From the NCBI RefSeq assembly GCF_009834535.1, contig NC_045713.1:2790001-2854000 (forward strand): 64,000 bases of DNA, in the 5' to 3' direction. This DNA is from Camelus ferus. Taxonomy: Eukaryota. A model generated the notes under the pieces. It made no database searches, had not been told where the DNA came from, and was given only the letters and a program-made list of their open reading frames with translations. Shown piece by piece: positions 10,711 to 24,191 of this stretch. Numbering within the stretch: the stretch's first letter is position 1; each line of letters begins with the position of its first letter. The translations under genes were made by a program, and so were the position numbers.

Positions 10711-13288
10711 GAAAGACATCCAGGTGTGGCCAGGCGACAGTACAGACTGCCCACTCATCTCCAAGGACAGTGCATGGCAGGGCCAGCAAAGTTCACAGTC
10801 TGACTCAATTCTTAGACAAATATCTCCATTTTATTAGGTTTTTCCAGAGGTCCTAACAGCTGATGACCAAATCAGCAGGGTCAGCAGGTAAGCAAGGGTC
10901 CCTTACTCTTTGGTGGGGGAGGGGGCTTCACAAAATACTTCCTTCACATCAGCAATCATCCCATTCTCTCTCTTAGAGGCAAGGATCCAAGGGAAGCCAT
11001 TCTCCCACTTGGGGCCAGGTAGGGTACCTAGAACTGATCAGAGACCAGGATGATTGTAAAGCCAAAGCCACTCAATTTGGCAGCCTGGGGTCTACCTTCA
11101 CTCTAAGAAGAAATGCGCCCACCAGCCAGCAGAATCCTTGTTCCTAGACAGAATAAACTTCTTTCAGCAGTTCTGATAGGTTCTTGCTCACTGACTTTCC
11201 TTCTGTAGACTGGATGCAAACTACTGCCTTTCTATTATTACAGTCTTTGTTTAGACAAACTAGGAGTGATCGTTTAGGCTGAGACTGGCTTTCCTTTACA
11301 CGCTCATCCTGAGTGCAGTCTGGCCCACCCTGGTTAGACTGAAAGACATGCCAGGTTGATGGGCTTGTCTGGTGGTCCCCAAATCTCCTTAGCAACACAT
11401 TTATAAAGGCTCTTAGAATAGACTGCGTCTGCAGCTGACTAATTCCATCCATTATGTGTTGCTCTATACTGGTTCCATTTGGAAGAAGATCTTTTCCTCT
11501 GTGACCCTCAATTATCTCCCTGACAAAATGGGGATAATTGTTTAGGACGATGATGATGATAACTGACTTGTATCACAGGATCGCTGTGAAGATAATCAAA
11601 GTAATGAATGTGAGAATGTAAACTGTCAAGTGCCAAACTGAAGCAGATTTATCTAGCAGACTGTGATAAAACAGAGCAAACGCCGGAGTGGAAGTCAGAT
11701 TTCATGCTATTTCCAAGGCTGGGAATGTCACTTAACATTTCAGGGGGACCTTCTCCTATCTGTGAAATTCAAGCCATAACCTTTGCCTTTCCCACTAGCA
11801 GGACTACTATGGAGCCCACGTGAGCATTCTGGAAAGTCATTTATAAACTATAAAGTGGTGGGCAGGCATACAGGACAACCAAGTTCACCAAGGATGTTTC
11901 TAACATGGAGAAGCAAATCAAACGGCAAATCCTTTTTAAAGCAAATAATCTCCTGCTCACATATACCTCTAAGTCCAAAACACACTTGCATTTCAATTTT
12001 AAACCAGCTCATATGAACTTGCCATGTGTTTATACTGAGGTGAACTTGACTCAATGGCTATGTGATGAATAAATGAATGAATGAGGGAGTGAATGAATGA
12101 ATGACTGAATGATGCCAGGTAGGATGAAAAGATGGCTCTCTTCTTACAGCACCAACTCCACAAGGTGCTTTAAAATTCCTCCATATAATTAGCTTCATGA
12201 ACTACCTGGCAGCACAAATCTTTACTGGTACTACTAAGAGTATCTGAATTATTGAAAAATCACTCTTTATTAAGAAGTGTGACACATGTTATATAGTGTT
12301 TCTGTTAATTGAGCATCAAGTGAGGGAAATACATACAGATGCAGAGGACTTACCAGGGGAGCAGTACATTGGCCTCTGCGCCCGGCCTCATGGCTGTCCT
12401 GAGGCCCTGTCCCTAAGCTCTGCTGGCTGTAAGAAAGACCTTGACAGTTTCTCTTGTGGTCAGTCTGCTGTCTCCTCTCTCCACCCACTGCAAGCCCAGT
12501 CCATTAATGTCTGGGCTGCAGTCTCTTCACACCCCATTCAAAACCACGGAGTAGATGGTTCCTGCTTACTCTGCCAGCAGGAAGGGAAGCCATAGCTGTC
12601 TGATTTCCTGGGTGCCTGGTACTGGCTTTCTTTGTCTTAGGGCACTCTTCCTAGCCCTCCTTTATGTCCCACAAGGACATCCCTTCCTTCTCAGTCCCCT
12701 GAACCCCATACCTTATGTATGACACCCCTCTATTACAGGAGGCTATTCTCAGGTGCATTTTCTCGCCCCTTCTTTACACTGTAAAAAAATTAATGGGCGA
12801 GAGGTTTGTGTCCAAATCTCCAGGAACTTCCCTTAAATGCTGTAGTAGGAGAAAGCCTAGTTCAATGGTGAAGATGATGACTAGCTTGGATGATGACCAA
12901 TTCAGATAAGTGGCCACCTCCAATCTTGCTGGCATCCCTCTGTCGCTCAGCAGGGAGCCGGCTGATCATTCCATGAATACATTTATTTTGTCAGCTGTCA
13001 CCGTGTGGCGCCCACACGTCTCAGCTGGGTAACTTAGGCTGAGAAATGGAAACCTGCCAATATCAGAATCATTTCATCCCTATCACGTGCCTTTCTCGTC
13101 ATATGGATTTTCAATGCATTTCTGCCTGGCTTGGCAAATCTAAGCCGTGACCTTGCTTTTAGCTGCTGGGTCCCTTTAATTATTACTATCAATTCCAACC
13201 AGCTTGAGTCAGTGCATTTCCAAACCACATTAACTCAGTAAGTTCCACCCACAAGATTTCTATTCTGTTCTGTCCAACATCCCCCTTT

Positions 13289-13292
<4 letters not shown>

Positions 13293-13324
<32 letters not shown>
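13293..13324. repeat. (CA)n microsatellite
   Basis: Perfect AC run. Confidence 0.98.
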
Positions 13325-13326
<2 letters not shown>

Positions 13327-13814
13327 ATCCAGTATCACTGTGAACTGGTTATTTCTTCTTAGCAGTGAATACATGTAGGCACACACATTGATTGATTTTC
13401 ATGCAGTTTTTCACTGAGTAACTTTACTCCTGTCAGAAGGGAAGTACTAGATTCTTGACAATGTTAAATAACTAAACTATTGTTTGTTCAATCTGAGTCC
13501 TTCCCAAACTGGACACCATAAGTTCACAGGTCACTAGTCATCATTTTGAGAAGTGAAGTAAAAAGAAATACTCAAAACATGGTCCTTAGAGAAAAGCTAG
13601 CTCCTATTTCTTTATAACCTCAGAAATAAAATGAAGACATCATACATCTCATAAGAAAGTGATCATGAAATAGCCTGTCCCATCCATCAGGACTAGGGGA
13701 CCCACCACTCACCTCCTCCCTTTATAGGGCCTTTGCCTGCTGATCTCGAGGTAAATTGCACTTCTGAGCATTGCACCAACTAAAGAGATTTTCCTCTGAT
13801 GTTGAAGGCAGGGC

Positions 13815-13960
13815 ACCCAGGTGTGGACAAGGAAGGAACATGAGCTTTCAGGTTAGGTCTGCACTCAAACCAAGCTCTGGCATTGTGAGATCAAGGATAA
13901 ACTTCATCATCTGTATAATGGGGTTGATAGCAGGATCATCAGCTAGGTTCAGGTTAAACA
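13815..13960 (+). mobile_element. MIR SINE
   Basis: aaacttcatcatctgtataatggggttgatagcaggatc plus an upstream aaaccaagctctggca. Confidence 0.6.
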
Positions 13961-14239
13961 ATGCACACACACACACACAACGGCCCAGAACAGAGCCCGT
14001 TACTGGGTAGCTCCTCAAAGGCGTATGCTTCTCCTGCTGCTGTGGCTACTGTCACCCCAGCTCAGTCATTACCCAGGTGTACAAATAGCAATACTGTGAA
14101 CTCATCTTGAAGCAGTCCTTCAAAGCCTGACCCCTCTCAAAACAGAAACAAATACTGCAAAAACATTACTAGTTAACTCCCAATATATATTATCCTCTTC
14201 TTTAATAACATCATCATGATTTCCACCAGTGAATATTGT

Positions 14240-14650
14240 CAGTCACTTGAAAGAGTACATTCCACAACCTCTCTTGCAGCTACATGCAGACATGAATAAG
14301 TTCTGGTCAATAAGATACAAATAAAAATAGTATGAAATTTCCAGAAAATATCTATAAAGAAGGAGGAGCTCCCTCGTTCCTTCTGCTTCTTCCATCTTGT
14401 TGCCTGGAACACTTGTGTGAAGACTGGTGCTCTAGCAGCCATTTTGGATTATGAGGACAGGCTGATAGCCTAGGGACACAGAGTGGGAGGAATTTAGGTC
14501 TCTGATGTCTTCTTGTAATGGTTTTATCATTCATGGGCTGCTTATTCCTGGACTTCTTTTATATATGTGGGAAAAATCTACTTTTATCTTACATAAACCC
14601 TCAAGTTATTTGGGAGTTTTCTGTTATAAACACGCAAATGAACTCATGTA
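14240..14650 (+). mobile_element. MaLR solo LTR (MLT1H/J-like)
   Basis: tctcttgcagctacatgcagacatgaataagttctggtcaataaga...gactggtgctctagcagccattttggattatgagg...ggagttttctgttata. Confidence 0.75.
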
Positions 14651-14989
14651 CCTGATTTCTTCATTCCTCTCCTCCCTATCAGCTCAAGGGCCAGCTGGGT
14701 TCTGATCATTTCTTCTCCTCTTCCTTCATTTAAAAGATTCTAAGTTCCCAGAATAGATCTTTCCCATGAGCTGAGCTTAGATTAGGTGCCTACCTTTCTC
14801 TACCAGGGATGAGGACATTGGATCTGGAGGAAGGAGTCCTCAGAGACTCCTGGATTGACCACACCTTCAGGAGCTGAAAGGTAATATCCCAAAGGGAAGT
14901 GAGGGTGCTGCTGACACAGGTCCACCACAAAACCCTCCATCTCTCATTTTCCTGCTGAGCAGCACGTCACTTCTGGGACCAGGGCAGGA

Positions 14990-15740
14990 GCAGTAATTAG
15001 TGTGTCTGTGACGAGTGCCAAGACCTTTGACTGCCCAAAGGGGATGAACAACACTTTCATCATGAGGTGACTCTGGCAATGGGACAGGGAGGCACATATC
15101 TGTGGCACAGAAGAGGGTTTGGGGCTTCTTTGTTCCAACACTTATTGTAAGTCTACTAAATGCCAGGTCTATTCCAGACACCAGGGATACAAGGATGCAC
15201 AGTTAACTGGCCTGCCTGGTACTCACAGCCCAGAGGGAGGTGCACAAGTCGATGGATAAATGCGTGATACCCGCCAAGGCAGAGATCTGGTGGGGGGTTA
15301 CAGGAGCTCGCAGAGCGGCGTGGAACCCAGACTGGGGGGCCTTGGGGGAGAAGGGGGAGATAGTTTCCACAGTGAGTCCAACTTTGAAGCAGGAGTTAGG
15401 CAAAGCAGGGGAAAGCAGAGGGATGAGCAGGCTGGAGTAGTGGAGAGAAGGAGAGCAGAGCGGGTCTGGGGAAGGGCAGCTTACACTGCTGGTCTTACTG
15501 GAGCCCAGAGTGTGCGGGGATGTCATGGGCGAGGAGCAGACCGTGGAGGGCCTCCCTTGCGGGATCTGGAGCAGAGCCTGGAATTTATTCTGCAGCCAAG
15601 GGAGAACCGCTGCAGTGTTGTCATCACGAGGAGCAACATGATGAAATATGGATTTTAGGATGATTAGAATGATTATTCAGTGTGGAAAATGGATGGTGGA
15701 GGATGGTACCAGACCAATGAAGAGCCTGTTGAAATAGTAT
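14990..15740 (-). mobile_element. L2 LINE fragments
   Basis: gcagaccgtggagggcctccc...ggaatttattctgcagccaagggagaaccgctg...gcaacatgatgaaatatggattttag. Confidence 0.6.
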
Positions 15741-16984
15741 AATCAAAAAGTAACGGTGTCTTGAACTGAGAAGAACATTGCTTTACAGAAAAAAAAAAAG
15801 CACAGCAGAGTTCTTCTCCCAGCCAGTTCTTAGCTTGTTCCCCCAGTGAAAGCCAGAAACGTAATGCTAAATTCCAGGCATTTCTGCATGCAGCCGGGGG
15901 AACAGAGGCCAAGCGTACAGATTGTCGGGGATCCTACTCGATACTCTGGTGGAGCAGCAAAAAATTAGCAATTAGCTCAGTGCTTCTTCGACCATCTCTC
16001 TGGGATGGCAATGATTTCCAACAAGCCCACCCTTTGTCAGGAGCTGGAAAGTTGACAAATCAGAATGGGGTTGCCAGTTATACCCACATTTTGAATGAAT
16101 GAATACATGAACTTGTCAATTAATTGATTTTCTGGATCAGGACCACCCTGGTTTCTACAGTTAAACTTCAGGGGGAGGAGATTTTTGCCCATTTCTCAAC
16201 TCTGTCTCTCTTTCTTAAGTACTTCTTGAAAGAACGGGAAAGTATTATTGAACCATGCCTACCTCTCCACTCCAAGGAAAGAAGTGAGCAATCATCCTCC
16301 ATCAGAAACGGTATCTGGGAGGGTGTGAGACAACCTATGGGCTGGAATTTTAAATGATCTTATAGACTCTTACTGACAATGGAGGTGGATCATTTGGGAA
16401 AAGTGCTTTTGGAGATGCTGTAAATGCAGAATAAAAGTTTAGCGGAGAGAGAACACGTCGAGCCTGAATTATCAAACACCTTGCTACTCTGCGAAAACCT
16501 TCACAAAGCTGTCAGCCTTCACTTTGGAGCCCTGTGACAAGCAGATTTTTTTTTCCAGGTCTGGCAACTGTCCTGGAGGGATTCAATTCAGCAAAGGAAA
16601 TAATGGGCCATATGCTTAGCCAGTCAGTGTTTGTATTTATGCTGAATTGTCCATAATGGGTTTTTTTCCCCCTTTCCATTCTGCCTCTTAACCTCCTGGA
16701 AGAAGACAAGGAACGTTTCTAGGGTAAATCCACATACAGGATTATCAAGCAGATGCTGACCTACATCTCATATTCAAAGAATTCTAAGAACATTCACCAA
16801 TGCCTCACTTTTTATTCCACTCTGATCAAACACGTTCATTAGCACCCTCGGGCCTGGGGACCCTGAGATGCCCCAGGAAATTTCCAGTGGCCTTCTTGCC
16901 ACCCTAAACCAGAACACACGGTATTTGATCACACAAAATGATAGCACAAACTAATATTCAGCCAAAAAGCATCTATAGACCAGC

Positions 16985-17733
16985 TCATACCTATTAGGAT
17001 AACTACTATAAAAATAAAAATGAATAAAAAACAAGAGACAGCAAATGCTGGTAAGGATGTGGAGAAATTGGAACCCTTGTACACTTTTGGTCAGAACGTA
17101 AAATGGTGCAAATGTAAAATGTGAAAACAGTACGATGACTTCTTAAAAAGTTAAAAATAGAACTCCTGTATGATCCAGCAATGCCACTTTTGGGTATATA
17201 TCCCAAAGAATTGAAACCAGAATCTTGAAGAGTATTTGTACTCCCATGTTCACAGCAGCATTAGTCACAATAGTTAAAAGGTGGAAGCAACCCAAATGCC
17301 CATCAATAGATGAACGGATAAGCAAAGTGTGGTACATACATTTTATTCAGCCTTAAAAAGGAAGGAAAGTCTGGCACATGCTACAATATGGATGAAACCT
17401 GAGGACATCATGTTACATGAAATAAGCTAATTATGAAAAGACAAACACTATGATTGCACTTAAATGCGAAACCTAGAGTAGTCAAAAAGTCGTAGAGACA
17501 GAAAGCAGAACGGTGGTTGCCAGGGGCTGAGAGGAACAGGGAATGGTGAGTTAGTGTTTAATGGGTAGAGACTTTCAGTTCTATAAGATGAAAATAGTTC
17601 TGGAGACGGATGGTGGTTATGGTTGCCCAACAATGTGAATGTACTTAATACCACTGAACTGCACACATGAAAATGGTTAAGGTGATAAATTTGATGTTTG
17701 TGTATTTTACCACAATTGTTTAAAACTTAAAAA
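16985..17733 (+). mobile_element. Old L1 3' end (L1MB-like)
   Basis: aaatgctggtaaggatgtggagaaattggaaccc, atgatccagcaatgccacttttgggtatatatcccaaagaattg, gaagcaacccaaatgcccatcaatagatgaacgg, and an L1MB-type 3' UTR ending aaatggttaag. Confidence 0.92.
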
Positions 17734-18280
17734 GCATCTATGGGAGAAGGGTGTGTCTGGGGACAGCACAAGTTCTCTGTGGGACCTGTAGTGTCGTCCC
17801 ACATTCTGATCTTAGTTAACAGTATTACTCCCGAACCAGACTTCTTCAGCAAAGTCCTGGGAATCTTTCCTGAACCATCCCTACCTGCCTCCCTCTCCTC
17901 TCCTCATCTCCCAGCCATCATCCTTTCATTTCTGTCACCAAAATGTTGACTCTGTTCCCTCCACTAGCCCCTTCCAAGTGCCCTGGCCACCTTGGGTCAC
18001 ATCCTAACTGATCCCTCAACTTCCTCCATTTTCTAAATTGCTACATTTGATTTTTGACACCCCTTTTAAAAAACATAGATCTGACAATGTCATTGTCCTG
18101 CTAAAAAAACTTTACCGAGGCTCCCCACTGCTTATAAAATAAATCTCTTCCAATTTTCCAAGGCAGAATCGGGGTACTTCCAAGTATCTTAGGAAATTAA
18201 CTAAGTGGCTCAGCTTTGGGTCAGATGACAATTCCCAGCCTAACCACTGATGACAAGAAGGTCATTTAGGAAGAAGGCAG

Positions 18281-18803
18281 ATGTGGGAGGCCCCAGGATT
18301 CTTGTCCCTCAGTTATTAAATCAAACATGAATCAAAGGACTGCTGAGAAGGGATTTTACCAGTGCAATTGAAGTCCCAAATCAGTTAACCTTTAAATTCA
18401 AAGATGATCTGGGTGGGCCTGACTAAATCAGGTGAATGTTTAAAAGAAGGAGATTTTTCTGGCTACAGCAGAAGAGGGAGTCAGAGAGAGTCAAAGCAAG
18501 GAAAGGGCTTTCAAGACTGAGGGGCCACCTGCAAGATCAGAGATCAGCCTCTTGGAGTGGAGAGTGACCCCCTAAATTCTGCCAACAACTGGATGAGCAT
18601 GGAAGCAGAATCTTCTTTAGTTCTTCCATGTACAAGCCCAACATGGCCGAAACTTCCTTTCAGCCCTGTGAGACCCCACACAGAGAACCCACCTGAACCC
18701 ACCCAGACTTCTATCTAAAGTGTTGCAAGCTAATGAGTGGGTCTGGTTTTAAGCTGCTAAAGTTGGTGTCAATGTGTTAACTCAGCAATAGGAAGGAATA
18801 TAG
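18281..18803 (+). mobile_element. MaLR solo LTR (MLT1D/E/F-like)
   Basis: ttctgccaacaactggatgagcatggaagcagaatctt...cagccctgtgagacccc...ttttaagctgctaaag...cagcaatagg. Confidence 0.85.
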
Positions 18804-19167
18804 CTGCTCTCTGCGTATCTCATGGTGGGGCTGGTGGGACTTCCCAGAGGGCAGGCTGTGCTGAGCAGACAATTCCCTAAGTAGCTGCTCCACCCACCAA
18901 CCCACTTCAAATAGTCCCACAGACCTCTATCTGTCCTTCATTGCTCTCTCTGCCCTTTATTAGATTTACTTGGAACTTCATGGACTTTCAAAATCAGGCA
19001 TTAAAATTGTAGTTACTTTTATCCTAATCTAGATATATTTAAGATTGCCGAAGTCTAATATATCATCATCTTTCCACACATCCTTGTATATGGTTGTAAT
19101 AAGCTTCATAAATTATTATCAACTCCTCCCACTATCTCAGTCCCCCACTTCTCTCCTCTCCCTTTCT

Positions 19168-19170
<3 letters not shown>

Positions 19171-19205
<35 letters not shown>
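19171..19205. repeat. (CA)n microsatellite
   Basis: Perfect AC run. Confidence 0.98.
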
Positions 19206-19207
<2 letters not shown>

Positions 19208-19334
19208 GCATGACCACATTATGCCTCTGTCTTTTAACTGGAAGGAAATAAATGGCCATTTTCAATAAGAAAATAAGAGTATCCACATAGCCAGTATCCA
19301 CACTGCCTGCTCTGCTAATTCTGATTTATGAACA

Positions 19335-19550
19335 TGAACTTCAGAATCACTTAGAGCAAAAGTCTGAATCCCAGATGCTTCATTGAGTCACTATATAACG
19401 TCTCTTAGTCTCAGTTTTACCACCAGTCAAATGGGTACAATAATATTACAATCACAGCATTCCTATGAGGATTAATTTAAATAATGCCCAGGGAGTCCTG
19501 AGCACCCACCTGGCACTGAGTCTGTACTCAGTAAATGGGGCCATTACTAT
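19335..19550 (+). mobile_element. MIR SINE
   Basis: gaatcccagatgcttcattgagtcac...tctcagttttaccaccagtcaaatgggtacaataat...ctatgaggattaatttaaataatg. Confidence 0.75.
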
Positions 19551-20261
19551 TGTAAAGGAGATGAGTATATGAGAGACTTTAAAAGTAAAGATATTAGAAC
19601 CAGCTCAGGCTCGCTCAAGGCTAGGTGCCCAATGTAGTTGGGTTTGGTTAGGGTTTTGAGTTTAGCCCGATATAAACAACTCTCTCCCTGGCTCTGAGTC
19701 CACCTTTCTGCCGTATGTAAACGTTATCAAGCTCCTTCCAGCTACTCATTTTTGAGTGACCTACAGTTGGTGAGGAATAGAGAAAGGAATGCAGATAGAA
19801 GCTACCATCAGCATTTTTTCTTCCTAGTGCATCCCAGAGCCAAGCCAAGGATCCCAAGTGCTATACGCAAAGCAAATAAACCTGCACCAGTCAGGAGTGG
19901 CTCCTGTGGGCTGTGACTGCTGTATCTGTAGGGGATGTCTGAGTGGCTTACTAGAGATGTCAGCCACAAATCAGCAGAGATTAAATGGACACAAAGAAGT
20001 GCAGAGTGAGCCAGTAATTGCTCTTCATCTGAGTGTTCAAAAGAAAGTGCTTGAGAACACAGAAAATGCAGGAGGGCTTGCCAACGTGCAAGGTGCCTTT
20101 GCTACCAGCAGCTCTTGGGACCCCGGCAGAGTTCGAGGCATGCTGTGGTCCCAAGTGTTCTTGGAGCATTTGGGGAGCTTTTCACAGGGAGGGGCTAAAG
20201 CCCTAGCCAAGGTAGGGATGATCCTCTACATCTCAGGGGGTCTATATAGTAATGAACTTCA

Positions 20262-20436
20262 CCAGGTTCTCAAAGGTGGTCCCCAGATCAATAGCTGTAG
20301 CAGCATCACCTGGGAACTTGTCAGAAGTGCTAAATTTTCAAGTTGAACTCCAGACCTATTGAATCCAAAACTCAGGTACTAGAGTCCACCCATGCCCCCA
20401 GGAGATTCTGATACACATTAAGGTTTGAGAACCTTA
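20262..20436. mobile_element. MER5A-like hAT-Charlie MITE
   Basis: TIRs ggttctcaaa / tttgagaacc; internal cagcatcacctgggaacttgtcagaa...ccaggagattctgatacacattaagg; followed by gtctagat. Confidence 0.85.
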
Positions 20437-20959
20437 GTCTAGATGGCCACAGGTCTCAGCAGGCAGGGCTGGCTCCACCCCAGGAGGCTTGTGGAAGAGG
20501 TGAGGCATTACATTATGACTGAAGATGTCACTGTGTCTAGACCAAGGGGCCAGGGACGCTGGGCTCTCCGTGTACAACCAAGAATGCTCTCACACCAAAT
20601 TCCTATAGGGTCCTGGTTGAGAAGTACTAGTAAAGCTTCTCTTGAGCAAGCTGCTATCCCTCTCACATACATTTATGATGAACTTTTTTGTCTATTATTT
20701 TATAGGAACAGCACTAGCTACCTCTCCAAGCAAACCACCCATTGTGACCCCACTGACATCCACACCACACTCCGGCCACACAGAACCCCTCACCCTTCAG
20801 TTTTTGTGTGTGTTCTTCTACCAGGAGGGCCCTTCCCACCACCATCTACCTCTTCAGGCTCAGTTCAAGCACCTGAGTTCACCTGGGCTCCTTAGAGACA
20901 CCTGTAACTTTTTATTGCGCAGAATCACTTTTATATTTGATTCTCCCTACTAGATACTG

Positions 20960-21200
20960 AGTTAAAGTACATGGACCCCAACTGCAATTATGGGTTGGAA
21001 TCCTGGTGCTACCACTTTCAAGATGTATGACTTTGGACAACTCACTCAAACTCTCTATATCCATTTCCACATGGATATAACATGCTTGCTTCATACAGTG
21101 ACATGAGGAGTAAATGAGAGCATGTGAATGAAGTGCTCAGGGTAGCACCTGCCACATGGTAGGTACTCAGGTAATGTCAGCTATTGCTATTCTTATTGTT
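20960..21200 (+). mobile_element. MIR SINE
   Basis: gggttggaatcctggtgctaccact...tgactttggacaactcactcaaactctct...gaagtgctcagggtagcacctgccacatggtaggtactc. Confidence 0.82.
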
Positions 21201-22474
21201 ACTATCATGTCAGTGTTTCCTCTGGGCTCTGACACACAATAAACATATATATACATATCTCACATACATATATACATACATGCATACATAAAATGCTAAG
21301 AAGAATTATGTAAAACTTGGGAATCAGGAGACTGACTCACCCTGCTGATCACCAAATGATGGATATGCTCACAAAGAACATGATACAAAGCATGTCCAGT
21401 ACCCACAAGTGACTAACGGGCAGACAGATTATAGATCCTGCAGATTTTCCTACTTCTTAGCTGGTACTGGAGTAACCAGACTGCAGGGCACCACCAACCT
21501 TGGTTATCCATTCATCAGAGGAAGACAGAATGGAACAGGGTGAGGGGATAGTGGGTTTGTGAGAGCATGCCCTGCCTGGACTTCCGACAAGAGAAAGATT
21601 AGGGCATGTAAGCATCCACATCACCTGCCACAAGTAGTTCAGGAGACAAGGACTCTGCACCAAGTACAGGCAGTGGCCTTTATCCCTGGAGCCACTCCTT
21701 CTGGGGAAAAGTAGGCACTGGGCTTCAGCAACCAGGCCAGCTACTCTTCTTCCCTTGAGGAGGAGCCACAAATAAGCTGGTGGAGAGAGTTTACTCTAAT
21801 ATCACCACCCCCAGTGGGAAGGGGAGTCGAAGACCTCTCCTCTGTAGCCACATGGAATAGCTTGAGGTAATGGGTCTCTCAACAGAACAGACAGTTTCTC
21901 ACCCTCAAGAATCTTTGCCTGGAGAGGAGACAGATACTATACCCAGCTCACATCAGTGAACAGACACTCAGTGTCAGCATGATGGTAAATCTGCTGTGTC
22001 TGTGTAGGAGGGTAAGTCTACACTTAACGTCGGTGTGATAGTCTACGTCTACACTCAGTGTTGGTGTGTCTGAATAAGCCTACTGATGAGTGTGATGGTG
22101 TGATGGCACAGTCCCCTATCAGCCTGGGGACTTATGCAGAACATGCTCGGGAAGACCCCTGAGCTGGATCTTAAAGGACCAGGTGAACAAAGGCGGGAAC
22201 AACTCCATGGCAATAAAGGAGCATTATGAGCAGAGGCCTGAGGATGTCAAACTGCATGGCCAGTGGAATGTCCCCTGGTAGTTTGGATGCTGGAACACGA
22301 ATTTTTAAAAATCAGGGAGTTGTGGGATTTCAGGTTGAAATGGTCAGCAGAGACCAGACTGTCAGTACCTTGTTCAGCATCGTGGCTTAGAATTTTAAAG
22401 GGGGTGGGGGGGGGTCACTGACAGTTTTAGTCCTGTGCCTGCTATAGCCAAGTTTGTTTTAATAACCTAGTATC

Positions 22475-22870
22475 AAATAGAGTTTACTGAGCACTTTTAA
22501 AACATTTTTTTATTGATTTATAATCATTTTACAATGTTGTGTCAAATTCCAGCGTAGAGCACAATTTTTCAGTTATACATGAACATATATATATTCATTG
22601 TCACATTTTTTTCTCTGTGAGCTACCATAAGATCTTATGTATATTTCCCTGTGCTATACTGAGCACTTTTGATGAGCCAGACATAGTTCTCTGTGCCTAA
22701 ACATATTAATTCACTTAATTCTCAGTACGTCTGTAGGATACCATGATTAAGCTGTTATAGGTGGTGAAGCTGAGGCACAGAGCAGTTAAGTAATTTATCC
22801 AAGGTCACATCGCTCATAAGTCACAAATGGAGGATCTGAACACAGGCAGCCTGGCAGTGAAACTGACATG
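22475..22870 (-). mobile_element. MIR SINE interrupted by a young L1 fragment
   Basis: tttactgagcactttt [insert] gatgagccagacatagttct...gaagctgaggcacagagcagttaagtaatttatccaaggtcaca. Confidence 0.8.
22499..22656 (-). mobile_element. Heavily 5'-truncated young L1 (158 bp)
   Basis: Reverse complement matches the L1 3' terminus at 2833-3120; exact 14-bp TSD TACTGAGCACTTTT at 22485-22498 and 22657-22670; TTTT/GA nick site. Confidence 0.95.
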
Positions 22871-23869
22871 CTTAATATCATACTTATTACCTCCCTCTTC
22901 ATTACTTCAGTTTTTTTAATGCCTGAGTCTAACTAAGGGAACGTTGTGAAGGAGGGCTGGTAGATCCTTTACAAGGATTTGGAATAAGGTAGAGCTACCC
23001 TTCAAATTTGTGTCCTGGGTATGTTATTCTAATAACACTATTAAACCCTCTGATTCCAGTGTGTTCTTTGAAGCATGAGAACAAGTGATTCCTTGTGGAG
23101 TTGTCAGGATTAAGAGAGAAAACAAATGAATAGCATGCAGCACGCTGCCTTCCACAAAATACAGTAGGTGCTTGCCATGTGAAATCAGCTCGTAGGATTG
23201 CATTCCCCATTGGGATGGAAATTTTCCCCATTATAAGATTCTCAGATGTCTCGGAAGTGAGTGGATAGGTTTGGGGTGGATAAACCCCTGAACTCACACT
23301 GGACCCACCAGGTGGATTCCAAAAGGAAGCCTGATCTGGAACTTCCAGTTGAGTTAGAATGGTGGGAAATGCATGCTGCCTTCATTGAATGAAAAAGGGA
23401 AGAGGGAGGGAGAAAATGAAAAAATGGGAATGCTGCATTCTACAGACAAACTGGAAAGTAATTCTGAGGCATGAGAATTTCTCAGACATGCGCAGGGCTC
23501 CTTTGCTTCTACCACCCTGTAGGGACAAAATGACATGACTGAATGTGCCCACATCACTAAGAAAGAGAATCCAGAGGCCTTGGCAACTCATTGCAGACTC
23601 TTTACCATTCATCTCAGGCAGGAGGTCTTTACCTGGGGTTTGTAATCATAGATTTGGACGGAGGCAAAAAAGAGTACATCTTTAATTTTCCCTTACCTCT
23701 GACTGAAATCTGCCATTTCCCGCCATTATGGGTGCAGACAACAAACTGCAGGAGAACTTGCAGTACCCGAGACCTTCTCCCGAATAAAACCACAGGTATT
23801 TTCATACCACATCATGCCTGCTGCACCCTGGTGAAGAAGGCAAGAAATCCGGCAAGGGAAGGAGTTGGA

Positions 23870-24075
23870 GGAAAAGAGTTGATGGAGCACCTGCTTCATG
23901 TCACATACTGTATCTTACATAAATACAGGACACTCTAGGAGCAACCTCATGACGTGGAAACAATTTCTCCCATTTTACAGACGAGGAAACTGTGGCTCAG
24001 AGAAATCCAGTCATACTGCTAGGAAGTGAAGGCATTAGGTACAACTCCAACCCAGGGCAGTTGGACTTTCTACTC
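23870..24075 (-). mobile_element. MIR SINE
   Basis: tctcccattttacagacgaggaaactgtggctcagaga...ccaacccagggcagttggact. Confidence 0.82.
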
Positions 24076-24191
24076 TCTGACTATGACAGTGACAGTGAGA
24101 CAAAACTGCTGGACAGATGAAGAGGCCAATGCATTCACCACAGAAGCCACCTTGGGTGGTCATGAAGGTGAACCACCTAGATTACCCTCAT

